Made by a program: the position numbers and the translations under genes
From: Guillardia theta CCMP2712
Taxonomy: Eukaryota; Protista; Cryptophyta
DNA length: 64,000 nt
Reading direction: 5' to 3'
NCBI RefSeq assembly: GCF_000315625.1
Contig: NW_005434660.1
Span: 742,738 to 806,737, forward strand
The notes under the pieces: model-generated
Databases searched by the model: none
What the model was told of the DNA's origin: nothing
What the model saw: only the letters and a program-made list of their open reading frames with translations
Part shown: in pieces, positions 27,220 to 40,115 of the stretch
Layout: every line of letters starts with the position of its first letter
Numbering within the stretch: position 1 is the first letter of the stretch

Positions 27220-27587
27220 GGCCGGACGTTAGCGCAAGGGGTGCAGAATAAAATGTATTTGTTTTCCCTCACAATTTCTCAAAAACGTGGCATTAGCGGT
27301 TAGGAAAATTTGAATAATATTCCGTAACGGCTATTTCTGGGGGAAAACAATACCTTGTTTTCCCCCAGATGAAGATTTTTTCCCGAGCCCACCTCGCCGT
27401 TTCACCACATGTGATTGCGGCGGCAGGGTTGAGCGTTACCGCCTGTTCAAATTGGACTTGAATGGAGACCGTGAAAAAAAAAACTTGGGGCCTCGATACG
27501 CCGCTAATGCCACGTTCAATTGTACACAGCGATTTTAAATGCCCGTGCAAAACAACCTAAATTTACCCCTTGCGCTAACGTCCGGCC
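27220..27587. mobile_element. MITE family B copy 1, PIF/Harbinger-like, 368 bp
   Basis: 23-bp perfect TIR GGCCGGACGTTAGCGCAAGGGGT and TSD TTA. A near-identical copy lies at 37776-38142. Confidence 0.92.
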
Positions 27588-27940
27588 TTAAGTCGAACCG
27601 AGGGGGTAGGGGTGGCCCCTGCTGACTCAGAAGACCCTCACTTTGGCAGGCCATGGCACTGCAGTGATCCGATCATCCGATCCGGGGAGTCCGGGCCGCC
27701 GGGGGGCCCGGTAGGGCCCGGCGACCGTCATTGAACCCCGGAAGTTCCGAGGCGGCGAGCCGGGCCCGGTTGACTCGGGCCCGCTCCGACCGAGGCCCGG
27801 CGGCGCCGGAGCCTCGGACGGCGGCCGCGGCGGCACGGCGGGGGCACCGGAACTAGCCGCTGAGCGGCTGAGGGCCCCCCCGGGCCGGGCGGCCGCCGGG
27901 CTGTCACGGTCACTCAGCACGCAGTCAGTGACGCCGGCCC

Positions 27941-30733
27941 CATAGCGTTGTCGCTCTCAACTGACCCCTCTGGTTTCCAATAGTTTTCTGTGGGGGTATC
28001 TTTCCACACATGTGAATAGCAAATGGCAGTTGGGGTCTGGGGTGGGTCAGACGGCTGGGAGCTGATTCAAATTGGTTGGGACCTGTTTAAGGGGGTAGGG
28101 TACTTCCTGGTAGCAAATAATTGTACCAACAGTACCAATTTTATCGTACATATTCGAGTACTGTTAGGAAAACTTGTACCAAAATAGTTTATGCGGTACC
28201 TCCCCTGTTCAAACTATGATGCTTTGGACCCACCTGTTTCCCAGTGAAAGTCCCTTCTCCGATGGGGTCAAGTTTTGGACCCTACCCTGCCTCCGACCAA
28301 CATAGACCACCCTTGTAGATCAGAGGGAGCTCTCAAGCCTTGCCCCTTCCCTTCCCTGGTTGCATATCCAAGGTTAGCAAGTGAGTGTTACGCAGACGTG
28401 ACTCATCTGCAGCAGGAGAGCTCAGACCAGGACAAGCAGAGGCAATCCCTGCAGAATCTGGTGTGAGTGCAGCAGTCTGAAAACATCTCTGTGATTGCAA
28501 ACACATGTAAAGAGGGTTGATCATCATAGATTTTAGCAGCTTGAATAAGGAGTACTCCGCACGGACCGTCCGCTAGTGGCGCTGTACGATGGATGACATT
28601 GACTCTCATGAGCAATAAGTAGGAAGTCATGAAGCATGTCACGGAGACAGCATGATCTATACTTATTTCATAGGAATCTGCTGCAAAGAGTCGGGCTTGA
28701 GGGCGGTCTGAGCAATATGCAAGAGTATTGCCAAGGCATGTAAAGAGTTTCAAGGAATACCAGTGCATTCATCAAATGGCAGTGATGAGGTACCACATGA
28801 AGGCATGACTTGCAAATTGATTGCATGTCGTGTTCTATTTCATGACTTACAATCAAGACGCTTTGAGCGACAAAACGATACCCCTTATAGCATTGTAAAT
28901 CATATTTCATTTCCTTCATCTCGAGTCGAAGCAAGAAATTTTCAAGGTGCTGATATCTTTGTTGTGACTAGACTGACATGGTATCAGGAGCAGTTAATCG
29001 ATGTTGGATCCGATTGAATCATGCAGGCGAAAATGGACATACCCTTTTGAATAAATCTTTCTTCTCGAGTCTCATACCAGAGCTTTCTTGCCTCTTTCTT
29101 TGTAACCTAACATGTACAAAGCATTGGCATTTTCTTACACAAAGTAAACTGAGCCTGACCAGCTTCTCTTATTCGCTGCATTCTCGCCCTTCCATCATCC
29201 TGATCTTTTCCTCGCTTGACACCCTTGGGCCAATGCGAGTTGCATGCTGCGATATCATCAATTGTTTGGAAGGAACCAAGCGATAAGTGGAACAAAGCGC
29301 TCAGGTGCTATGCAGGCTGCAATGCATCGCCGGCATTCCAACCATATGGATAAGTTTGCCAACTTTGCGCTGCTCATATTACTTGCAGCGAAAGTCAACC
29401 ATTCCAGATGATAAGGACAATGTATGAGACTTGCGCAGAAGAATGTGCAAACACTTCCACACGACGGTGAGTGTGCACGATTCCACATACACAAGAATGC
29501 TGCGCAGAAGCATCTACCAATTTCTTGTCTAACCACTCTTTTGATGAATGAGCATCGACTTCTCTAACATGTACATCAGGTCATGCAGGCTCATGGAGAA
29601 ATGATGATGTTGTTAGCAACAACTTGGCTTTGTTTTATTGAAGTACGTTGAAAACATCACCTAGGCCGCTACATATTCCCATGTCCGCTTTGCAACAGTT
29701 CTAAACCACGTATCACCATAAAGTTGTACATCATTCGACTAGTCCGATAACATCTTCATGTAGAGTCTCAGTTTCAAGCACAACGCGGTTTGGAGCGATA
29801 CTGTGACTTGTTTGCCTGGTATGATTACATGTGACATGCTCTCTTACACAATTGAAGAGTATTGTAGAAAATTCAGTCAAGCGGTGCACAGTTCAGCCTT
29901 TCTTTCTTGCTATTCATCAAACATAGTGTATCAAACAGATGTCATCGTGTGGATCGACGCATAATAAAGATGAACTCGAAGTTCTGTCTGAAAAATGACC
30001 CTTTGCAAGTACTGATGGATCGAGAGCAAGTTCTTGATGCTGTATCATTGAGAAGTAAAATGACAGTCATTTGCCAGTGCTATACGACTCGTATCCATTA
30101 GCTTGAAATATGCACACCTGAGTTTCATTCCATGAATCATCTTTCCTCCCGCATTCAAACTGAGAAACTCAGTTCTTGTCAACTCATGGGCATGGTTTCA
30201 GAGTTTGAATTTCCAGCAAGCTGAGGAAGGACAAGGCAGACAGAAGCGTCAAAGAAAGTTGAGGGTCATCAGGGAAGGTCTGACGAGAGTCTGAGCCTCA
30301 TGGACAGGGAAGGATAGGGATGCGCAAGTGCGGAGGGCAGGGAGATGGGGAGGGAGACCCCCTCTGCTAAATGTATTTTAAAAGGTACCCATTACAGTAC
30401 CAGACCAAGACCTCTACCCCCCACCCCCCTGTCGCGTCCGTTGGGTTCGAATCATTTGAAATACTACCACGCCTATCCATCAGGTTCTGGTACAAATCAT
30501 TACTCCACTATACAAGGGCCTAAGTGATCCTATGCAAAGGCAATAGGAACGATTGTTTACTTATCTAAGCTCTCAATTACCCCCGGTTGCCGTTGAACGT
30601 GCAGCGCTGGAAATGGATTTTCAAACCTTCCAATCCTTCGATTTTTTACTCACACACAATTTTGTACTGGAAAATGCCTGGATCTGGTACAAATCCCAAT
30701 TGTCAGCAAGTTCCTTGACCCGACAACGCTATG
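27941..30733 (+). mobile_element. 2.8 kb TIR element (CATAG...CTATG) copy 1, apparently non-autonomous
   Basis: 13-bp perfect TIR CATAGCGTTGTCG. The whole sequence is repeated in inverse orientation at 50451-53237. Flanked by C on both sides. The interior has only short exon-like ORFs. Confidence 0.9.
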
Positions 30734-30880
30734 CGCATCTGCCGCCAGCCGTCCCTGTGACAGAGCAACTTGAAAGTCAGTGACTCGGTTCAACTTCCGA
30801 GTGATTTCAACAGTGTGAACTCCGGAACGCCCGGGCCGGGGTGCCCGGTGACGCCCCGGCCCGGGCCCGGTGACCGTCTC

Positions 30881-30935
30881 ATCAGCTGAATCAAATTGAT
30901 TCAAACCGATTTAAATTGATTCAAACTGATTCAAA
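30881..30935. repeat. 10-bp-period tandem repeat (TCAAAYYGAT-like) upstream of the ARM gene
   Basis: Consecutive units tcaaattgat tcaaaccgat ttaaattgat tcaaactgat tcaaa. Confidence 0.75.
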
Positions 30936-31236
30936 TGCGGTTTGAACTGAATCGTACCGATTGTGCGGAATGAGGCGTTGGCCCGCCCCTTCGGCATGCC
31001 GGGGAGAGGGAGGACGAGGAGCGAGAGAGGCGAGGAGGGAGCATGGGAGGAGGAAGAGGAGCAGGAACGACCCAAGATAGAGACAGAAAGCTAGCTGAGG
31101 AGGCTAGAAGGCAGGGAGACGGATGACAAAGAGCAGGGAGTGGGAGATGGGGCACAAGGGAGGTAGAAGGGAGGGAACGGGGAGAGGATAGGGCTCTTGT
31201 GCTGTTTGTGCTCTGTTCTGAATATCATACGCGCAG

Positions 31237-32505
31237 GTACATGAAGGATTGACGGAAATCTCAAGGGACAACGGGCTGGTTGTCAGGAGACTCAGGCATG
31301 GCCAAATTGGAGGACCAACAACTTGTGGAAGTTAACGAAAGCCGTCGTCATCAGGAATGAGTTTGTTCCTCTGACACGTGTTCTCGATCCTCCTTCCTCC
31401 CTATCCTTGTCAGGCTCTGCAAACATGCTGGATCCTGTGGACGAGACCTTCTTCGAGTTCGTGGAAGCTTGCTTGAACCACGTCCAGACTCCAGTCCTGC
31501 AGAGGAAATTCGCTGCGCTGGGAGGAATCGATCTGCTCGTCCGGCTCTGCGCCATGTCCATGAACGATGACGTGATCGTCAAGGCGTGCAGAGCTATCGC
31601 CATGCTGCTGCGGGTGGAGGGGAGCATCCCCGACACTGTTCCTCACAGCCCCTCCACCATCGCGACCGCGAGCTCGAAGCCTCTTGCGGTGGTGAACGCT
31701 CTCAAGATCAGGGCGGCAGGAGGAGTCGCGGCGCTTCTTGCGCAGATGAGAAGATCTCGCAACGAGCTCGTGCTGCAGGTGAGTGTCGGCTGCTCCCCTG
31801 CGCTCCTCGTCCATGTTGCTGTGCCTCAAGTGTGTACTGTGGATGCTTCTATGCCGCCACCTCCTCCTTGCCCTCTTGTTTGATACGATGTCTCTTGCAG
31901 GAGTGCTCTTCGGCTATGAAGCATCTCATCAAGGTGTACGAGGCCAGCAAAGAGCTGCCGGACTGGTCAGACGCGAGGTGAGAAGGTTGGAATGTGCTCA
32001 CTTGTCAGCTGAGACCATTGTCAAGGTTGTTTCGAGAAGGAGACGACGCTTTCTCAGTGCTTGTCAGTCTCTTCAGAAGGTGGGAGGAGCTTGTTGGTAC
32101 TCGTGTGGGGGTGAGATGAGTATGAGATGCGAGTTCTTGATTGGAGGCAAGGAAGGAGATAGAGAGAGAGAGAAGTCGAGGAAAGCAGACGAAGTGGAAG
32201 GGTAAGGGGTTGTTGGCAGGGAGGAAAAGACAGGAAAGGCAAGAAGAGGTGTACAGTGAGGCTGAGAGAGGATATTGGGAAAGTAGAGGAGAGGAGGAGA
32301 GGAGAAAGGGAGAGGAGAGGAGAGGAGAGGAGCAGAGAGGAGAGGAGAGGAGAGGAGGGGATTCTTGAAACGCTGAATTCTCTGTCGCAGGTCAAGGAGC
32401 ATTTTTGTTCATGCAGAGATGGCGGAGGCAATTCATTACATCGCCCTCAACGATGAATGCAAGCCTGCGCTTGGATCGGTAAAATACAGACTTGACGATA
32501 TTGCA

Positions 32506-32586
<81 letters not shown>

Positions 32587-32590
32587 ATGC

Positions 32591-32646
<56 letters not shown>

Positions 32647-34155
32647 GTGATGGTGATGATGATGATGATTCCTGCTAGTACAATCTGCATTTCACTCCTC
32701 CCTACAGGCGGGAGCCATCTGTGTTCTCACGCAGCAGGTCCAAGAGAGCTCAGAAGCAGCAGTGCAGATCTGGTCCTGCAACGCCCTGTGCGTGCTGGTG
32801 ATGTCGGAGGAGAACAGGAGGAGGTTCACGCAGGAGGAAGGCGCGACGGCAATTGTCTCCATCCTCAGTCAAGCTCTCGCCTCCTCCTCCTTCGGCGTCA
32901 TGTCGAGCGCAGCCCACGTGCTGTCCAACTACATGGCGGGGGAGGGGAAGGAGATACACGACTACCAGGTGCGGGTCGGGCAAGCAGGAGGGTGCGAAGT
33001 GCTGCTGCGATGCTGCGAGCGGGCGGCGGTGGTGGGAAAGATCGAGGAGGAGGCGCTGGAGCAGTGCTGTGGTGCCCTCTGCAGCCTCTCCTTCGAGAAC
33101 GATGGGCACAGGGTGAAGCTCGGGGACCTCGGGGCGTGCGAGACTTTCGCGCGCATCTGTCAGATCTGCGACGTCTCCGTCGTCTCCCACCACAGGATCC
33201 TGGAGCAGGCGTGTGCGGGGATAGGGAACTTCTGCAAGAGGAACAGGATGAATAGGATGAGGATGGGAGGGTGTATGGGGCCCGAGACTCTCGTCTCCGT
33301 GCTCACCCGCACGCTCGTGCTAGGGCAGGAAGCAGACGCAGTGGCGCTGCAGGCGCTGCGGGCTGTGAGCAACGTGGTGATGAGAAATGAGGAGAATCAG
33401 GTGAGGAGAGGAGGGAGAAAAGGAAGAGGGCAGGACGAGGAGGAGGAGGAAAGAGGAGGACGAGGAGGGCAGGAGAAGAGGAGGAGCAGGAGCAGGATGA
33501 AGACGGATGGGAGGATGAGAGGAAGAGAAGAACAAACGAGGGAACCAGAGAGTTGGTGATGGGTGAGGGACGGGGGTGGGGGATGGTACTAGAGGAGGAG
33601 GGAGGTTGGAGGGGAGGAACGGAAGAAGGTTGTTTGACTTGCGTCCTTGCAGGAAAGGTTTGCAGATGCTGGTGGGTGTAGACAACTTGTGCAGTATTGC
33701 TTTGCAACGAGACATGATGGGATCCTGAGGTTGGACCAGCAATGCCTTCAATTTCTGCTCCCCTCCTCTTGCTCCCCCTCTCCTCTCCTCTCCTCTCCTC
33801 TCCTCTCCTCTCCTCTCCTCTCCTCTCCTCGCCTTGCAGACCTCTCCACTCCACTCCACTCCTCTCCTCTCCTCCACCTCTGTCCTTTTTCCTCTCTCGC
33901 CTCTCCTCCGCCTTCCTCATTGTGCTGCTCATCCTTCCCTTGCCCCCATCCTCTTTCTCCTCTACTCCTCTCCCCCCATCACCCACCCTCCTCCCTCCTC
34001 CCTCCTCCCTCCTCCCTCCTCCCTTCTCGCTCCTTCTCATAGCTTGTATGACGTGCAACTTCAGGTGGGTCCTGGTGGCCCTGGGAGCGCTGGCACAGCA
34101 CGAGCTCATTCGCTACAAACTCGTCAATGAAGGAGCCATGGTAGCAAGCTGCTTG

Positions 34156-34245
<90 letters not shown>

Positions 34246-34803
34246 TAGCTTTCCTTTGTCTGCCTGCTGTGTCCTTCACTCGCACTACCTTCATCCCCTC
34301 TCCTTCACGGTCTGACACGCGAACAGGCTGCAGTCTCAGGAGCAGAGCGATCGTGCTCTACAGCAGAGACGAAGGAGGCGGCGAAGAGGGTTGTGGCGTT
34401 GCTTCCGCCTCCTGCTCCTGTTGGGCTTCAGGTCGACAAGGGGGGAGGAGGGTGACGAGAACGGCAGGTGAGAGGATCGATTATCTTGAAGGACGAGGAC
34501 GAAGAAGTCTTTGTACAGGTGAAAGCAGGAGGGGGAAGAGGAGCAGGGAGGGAGGGAGGGGAGAAGAAGGAAAGGAGGAAGAGGAAGGAGAGGACGGAGT
34601 GAAGGTGAGGAGGATGACGAGGGGAAGAGGGATGGTGGGAGAGGCGCTCTTGTGAAAGTGAGACAAGGGGGGGGCGGGGAGGTGGAACGAAAGAGCAAAG
34701 GGGGCACTGGGGTCAACAGAGGAGGCTTTAGATGTATTGATACTTGCTGTCTTCATGCAGTGCCGCGATGGATGTTGGGTCAAAGGCAACAAAGGTAGAT
34801 GCA

Positions 34804-34842
<39 letters not shown>

Positions 34843-35737
34843 TCTCTTCCTCCCCCTCCTCCTTCTCCTTCCCTTACACCTCTCCTGGCCCTCCCCCCTT
34901 TCCTTCACCCTCCTGCCTTCTCCCTCCATCCACTCATCCGCCCAATCCCGGTTCCTCCCCCTCTCTCTTCCCTTCATCCCTCCTCCCTTCATTCTTCTCC
35001 TTCTCTTCCTTCCTCTGCTTCTCCCGATCTCTTCCTGCTCTCTCACCTAACTTGCGTTTAGTTGTCATCAAGAATGCTGCGGATTGTTTCACATCACTCT
35101 CTTCGAGATTCGTGCAGGTTCCCTCTATCCCTCTCCCTCTCCTTCTCCTACATCGCTGACGTCACCCTTGGATCTAATCTCCTTCCTCCCTCGCCTCCTA
35201 CTGTCTCCCCACCTTATCCTCCTCTCTCCCCCCGCTCGCTTCCTCCCCACTTCCTCCCATTCCCGCCCTGTGCCACCTTCACTGACCTTCCCTGCTCTAG
35301 AGCCTTCACTTTGAGATCAACGACCTCAACCACTCAGGTTCCATCACGCACTCCCTCCCTCCTCTCCCTATTCTCAATCCTTTCTTCTCTCTCCTCCTTC
35401 CCTCTCCCTTGTCTCGTCCCTCCGATCACCAACTTTCTCTCCTCCCTTCCTCTCCTCCCTCCTTCTTTTCCATACTGTCTCTCCCTCCTCCTCCTCCTCC
35501 TCCTCCTTCTCCTCCTCCTCCTCCTCCTCCTCCTATTTCCTCTCTCTCCGTCCTCCTTCCATCCGCTCTTTCCTCACCTGCCTACTCCTCCAATGCTGCC
35601 TGGCTACCCAATGCACCTCCTACCCTTATTCTCCTCTCCTCATCATCTGGAGCAGAAGGAGACGGCACGGACCGCAGGCGATCTCCTGCTGGCCTCCACA
35701 GGATACGGCTCAAGGTAGAGGACATGCCTGCTTGCCT

Positions 35738-35772
<35 letters not shown>

Positions 35773-35973
35773 CCTGAAGTTTCTCAGGTGCGGGATCGGG
35801 AGATAAGCATCGATGCCGCCCTAGATGGCAAGCATGCGGAGGACATCGTGATAGGTGACTGCGAGCTGCTTCTGATGGTGTTTTGATCCTCCTCCACCTC
35901 AGGCCCTGCGCTGCTTGCAAAGCTCAAGATTTTTGGCTTCGAGCACATGGTCAACGAGCTGGTGGTTCTGTAA
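31237..35973 (+). CDS. Armadillo-repeat protein, multi-exon; start uncertain
   Basis: ARM-like helical repeats: FAALGGIDLLVRLC, IRAAGGVAALLAQM, VQIWSCNALCVL, VGQAGGCEVLLRCC, EQCCGALCSLS, EQACAGIGNFC, LQALRAVSNV, FADAGGCRQLV. The last exon is inferred as GPALLAKLKIFGFEHMVNELVVL*. Confidence 0.7.
32507..32669. repeat. Compound (CTG)n(ATG)n microsatellite, intronic
   Basis: Direct inspection. It lies between donor GT at ~32479 and acceptor at ~32707. Confidence 0.95.
34156..34245. repeat. (CTCCTG)n hexanucleotide repeat, intronic
   Basis: Direct inspection. Confidence 0.9.
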
Positions 35974-36168
35974 GAAGGGGAAAATTAAGGGAGAGAAGGG
36001 AGAAAAAGAGGAAGGTTGTACAGTATGCGCGCAATAAAGTCACTTGCTCTTATGATATTCACATAACATCTCTGTGTTGAGTGTAGATGTTGAAAACACC
36101 TCGCTCGCTCCCTTTCTCCTCTCCTCTCCTCTCCTCTCCGCTCCTCTCCTCTGCTTGCTATCATCTCA

Positions 36169-36792
36169 TCAAGTCATTGGGGACTTGCACGTACGCAGGC
36201 TGTTCCCACTTCTTGCTCCACCACTCCCACCACTCCGCTTCCTTCTGGGTATCGACTTCCATGCCTGTTCCTGCAGCAGTCTGAGCAAAGATCCAGGAGG
36301 ATTCGAGGGTTTACAACCTGCTTGCTCCTTCTGCGCCGGCTGCGGCTCCACATCAGGGACCATGATATCCTGCGAAGCTTGCGAGAACGTTCCCTGCTGT
36401 GACGCTACCAGACATGTCAGGAGACGAGCGACAGCCATGGATGGTTTGAAGGTGTCAAACATCATACACCATTCAGTCCATGAAGACACACGAAGTTCTT
36501 TTGCAGGAGCAGCATTGGAGGGGGCACGAGGTTGTGGGGAGATGAGTTGAAGGGCGCGAAGGGGCAAGAAGTTGCGGGGAGGAACGGAGCGATGGATTGA
36601 AAGCTGGAGGGGTAGGAGGAGGGCCACATAAGGAGGAACGAGGGCAGAGAGACGATAATTACCTGCAGCAAATTCCTCGTTTGCCCATTGCACCCCGAAT
36701 CTCATGAACCCCTCCTTGAAATACTGCTTTATCCTCTTCGACGGGCTATCTATCACATCGTCTGCAATCCGCTTTCCTGTCAAGGTCGACAT
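36169..36792 (-). CDS. Hypothetical protein (probably with short introns)
   Basis: Open frame MSTLTGKRIADDVIDSPSKRIKQYFKEGFMRFGVQWANEEF...WTEWCMMFDTF, with basic NLS-like patches. No known domain. Confidence 0.4.
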   Translation of the reverse strand: MSTLTGKRIADDVIDSPSKRIKQYFKEGFMRFGVQWANEEFAAGNYRLSALVPPYVALLLPLQLSIHRSVPPRNFLPLRALQLISPQPRAPSNAAPAKELRVSSWTEWCMMFDTFKPSMAVARLLTCLVASQQGTFSQASQDIMVPDVEPQPAQKEQAGCKPSNPPGSLLRLLQEQAWKSIPRRKRSGGSGGARSGNSLRTCKSPMT

Positions 36793-37775
36793 CTCCCTCA
36801 AACCTGTGCGGGAAACTTAACTCGTGCAAGGACTCTGCGTCAATCAACCCTTGCCTCGCACCCATCCATCATATTCGCAGCTCTAACATGGGTCAAGCTC
36901 AAGTCTGAATATGTAACTGCCTGCCTCCCTACCTTCCGTAATGTACTCTTTCAAAATGTGATACTCGCCTCTTGAACCTCGCATTCTTCTGTCATGCTGG
37001 CTCTGCTTCACTGCCGCTCGAGTCTCAGATGTGTTCAGCAATCATTCCTTTTTCACAATCTGGGTCATCTTCACTATCTGCCAACAACCTTCCATCCCTT
37101 CCAGGTTTTCTGTAAAGACCTCACCAACACGCTTCCTTTCTTCACTCACTCAATCGTCTGTCCTGATCCCATCACGTCTCTGGATCAACACCTCATTTAC
37201 AACACTGCGCCATGATTGATTATGCTGTCTCCTGGCTGTCCCACACTAACTCACGCAAAGATTACCCTCAACTCAACCAACCTGACCCAACTCCCCGCCC
37301 CCCGCCCCACCTTCATATTTGCTCTCCTCCCATCGCCTCCCCTCATCTCACATATTCCCTTCCTCTTCAACATTTTCATATATTTCTGCTCCCTTTCCCT
37401 TCTGCTCCTCCTCTCGCCTTCCCGGTCCCCTTTCGCTCTTGCCGCCATTTTCAAACATGCAGACCTATCTTCTACCCCCACCCCCCACGCATGACTTGGA
37501 GTCCGCATTCGTTCGTTCGACCTACCGGTGCAGCCCACTACCCCTTGTACTCTCTCTTTGTACCCACCCCCACCCTGACCACCCCCATCACCGGTACCAG
37601 TTTCATAATTGCTACCCCACTCATGTCCTGCTCTTTTACTACTACCCCACCTCTGTGACAATCGTCCAACTCCCTACCCCATTCCCAAATAAACCACCCT
37701 ACCCTCTTTGCTTCACACAATGGGACCCCCCACAGTTAGCCAGCCATCTCTCAGTACCCCTCATATACCGTCTCA

Positions 37776-38142
37776 GGCCGGACGTTAGCGCAAGGGGTGC
37801 AGAATAAAATGTATTTGTTTTCCCTCACAATTTCTCAAAAACGTGGCATTAGCGGTTAGGAAAATTTGAATAATATTCCGTAACGGCTATTTCTGGGGGA
37901 AAACAATACCTTGTTTTCCCCCAGATGAAGATTTTTTCCCGAGCCCACCTCGCCGTTTCACCACATGTGATTGCGGCGGCAGGGTTGAGCGTTACCGCCT
38001 GTTCAAATTGGACTTGAATGGAGACCGTGAAAAAAAAACTTGGGGCCTCGATACGCCGCTAATGCCACGTTCTATTGTACACAGCGATTTTAAATGCCCG
38101 TGCAAAACAACCTAAATTTACCCCTTGCGCTAACGTCCGGCC
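37776..38142. mobile_element. MITE family B copy 2, 367 bp
   Basis: Same 23-bp TIR as copy 1, with TSD TCA (37773-37775, 38143-38145). By eye it differs from copy 1 only by one A in a poly-A run and one substitution. Confidence 0.92.
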
Positions 38143-40115
38143 TCAACTACCCCGACGATATCCTGCCAAGCTCCTCCCCACCCCCTGTTTTGACCATTTT
38201 GATGACCCGTGGAGTTCTTTGACTGGGTTGTTCGGTTCGGAGAAGGGTAGTAGGCTAAAAGAGGGGTACATAAAGAGGGTATGTAGGGGGTGAGGGTAAG
38301 CAAGGGTCCAAGTGTGGCCAGGAAGGGTACTCTACCATACGAACAGCGGGTAGTATACCGCGGGTAATCTTGGGGTAGGGGTCATCTTTCGATTAGCACG
38401 GGTGTTTGCCCTGGGGATTTGAGGGCTTATCGGGGTAGGGTTCACGTAAGGTTGAGATTGGAGTGTCAGTGAGGGGACGAGGGCCATTTTCTAAAACTTG
38501 ATTTATATTATTAAAACACTTATTGACATAAAATAAGATTTGAATGCTGGCGGTGTAATGCCCTGTGGAGATTTTTTTTTTTCCCGGTGGGGTCTTCATT
38601 TGGTGGGTGCTGACCAAAATAGTACCCCTCCAAAATACGTAAATTTGTTATGATAATGTCAGGTGGGGTGTGTATACCCTACCCAACTGAGAGACAATAT
38701 CCCTTTACTGGGGTCCTCTACACCTGGTTCTTTGAGTCGTAGGGTGGGATGTAATAGAGAAGTACGGGTACTGTAACAGTCAAATCAGATGGTAGTCAGC
38801 GACTTTGTTTGAACGAATGAAGGGAGTATCAGGGGTGGGGGTCCAGCGAGGAGAGATGCTTTGAAACATTGTGAAGAAGTGTTATAAATGTAAAACATGC
38901 GTTTTAGATTGCATGAATATACCGGTCATGTAATCAGAAAATACATGGGTGGGGTAGTTATAAATGTAAAACTGATTTTGAGTCCTAAAGTTTTTTGTAC
39001 AACAGAAATTCATCTCGGGACAATCTGCATCTAAAAATAAAATCACGGCCTCAGCCTATGAGCTGCAGGGCTTCAAAAAGGCTCCGAAAAAGAAGACTTT
39101 CACGATAACAAAGGCAATGTTTCGAGCTTCGTCAGTGACCTAGGTACATCTCCCTTGCGAGATACTCCTGAGGCGGACTCAGCACATCAGTTGTGTTCTT
39201 GTTAAAACGACCAAAAAAAAGAGTTATATTCAAACAGTGTGATACAAGAGGGATTCGTTTTTAAATATTTGTACATGATCAAAACGACGTTTTTATACAA
39301 AAGTTTTGAAATGCAGTAAACATCGAAGCGGCAGACACCAGAACAAACTCCGCCGCCGTCCATGGCGCGCAGGGGATGCGCGAGTATGGGAGAGGATGAA
39401 TGCAGAAGCTAGGACACATGGATGGTTATAGGGGGGTTCTAGAGGGTACATTGATCGATCATGCATGCGGTAAACTCCTTCTGAGACCTGTTTCTCCATT
39501 TGTATCACGTTTCGCGGCGGCCCTTTTCGTGTTGGTTTGAAATTGCACTCAGCGATAGCTTTTCGCACATAGCATATGATTATTTCCCTCCATCTTTCGA
39601 CTTTTGATATGTCGCTGTTGTTGATGCTCTTGATTGTGTTGGAATAGTTCCTCTTCGCTGTATGCTCGAAGAGATTCTTCCCGAGCCATTCTTTCGATTT
39701 GTAGATACACGGAGTTTGCTTTGAATCATTGAATTGCAAAAATCTTGATTTGCTTCTGACATTTGTTCTTTCCTCAACAGAGATGCTGATGTTCTAATTG
39801 GCATGCGTCTTTTTCTTGACGAGGAACGAAAGTTTTGTGTCCGTGACCTACATTCTTGCTCAATGATTTAAACTTTGGGCAATGCCTTGACAAATCCTTA
39901 TGGGTTGACTTCAACGTTCGAAGTAACTGCACAAGTTTGCATAATCTGTTTCCCTGTTTTTGGACCAAAATCGCAATCAACCGCAGCTGAATTGGTTGGG
40001 TTTCGCAAGTTCGACTGTATTTTTTTCGTCCTGTAAATATCTAATTAATTAACGCTTGTCTCGAGGCTATATAGATCAGAGAGTTATAAGATTTGTCTCA
40101 ATAGTCTATTCTAAA

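Noticed and set aside
27933-30741. hAT classification of the CATAG element
   Set aside because: No 8-bp TSD at either copy, and no cross-match of flanks between the copies.
32419-33255. 278-aa ORF with poly-Leu/poly-Met
   Set aside because: It reads through a microsatellite intron. The real ARM exons are in other frames.
38881-38972. 16-bp direct repeat GTTATAAATGTAAAAC, 76 bp apart
   Set aside because: Only two AT-rich copies with no TIRs or array. It is not CRISPR-like or a convincing TSD.
39293-39980. Minus-strand ORFs with SKEWLGKNL, resembling SKEWLDKKL in one frame of the CATAG element
   Set aside because: Similarity is limited to a few residues with no flanking alignment. The region may be the 5' UTR of the bHLH gene.
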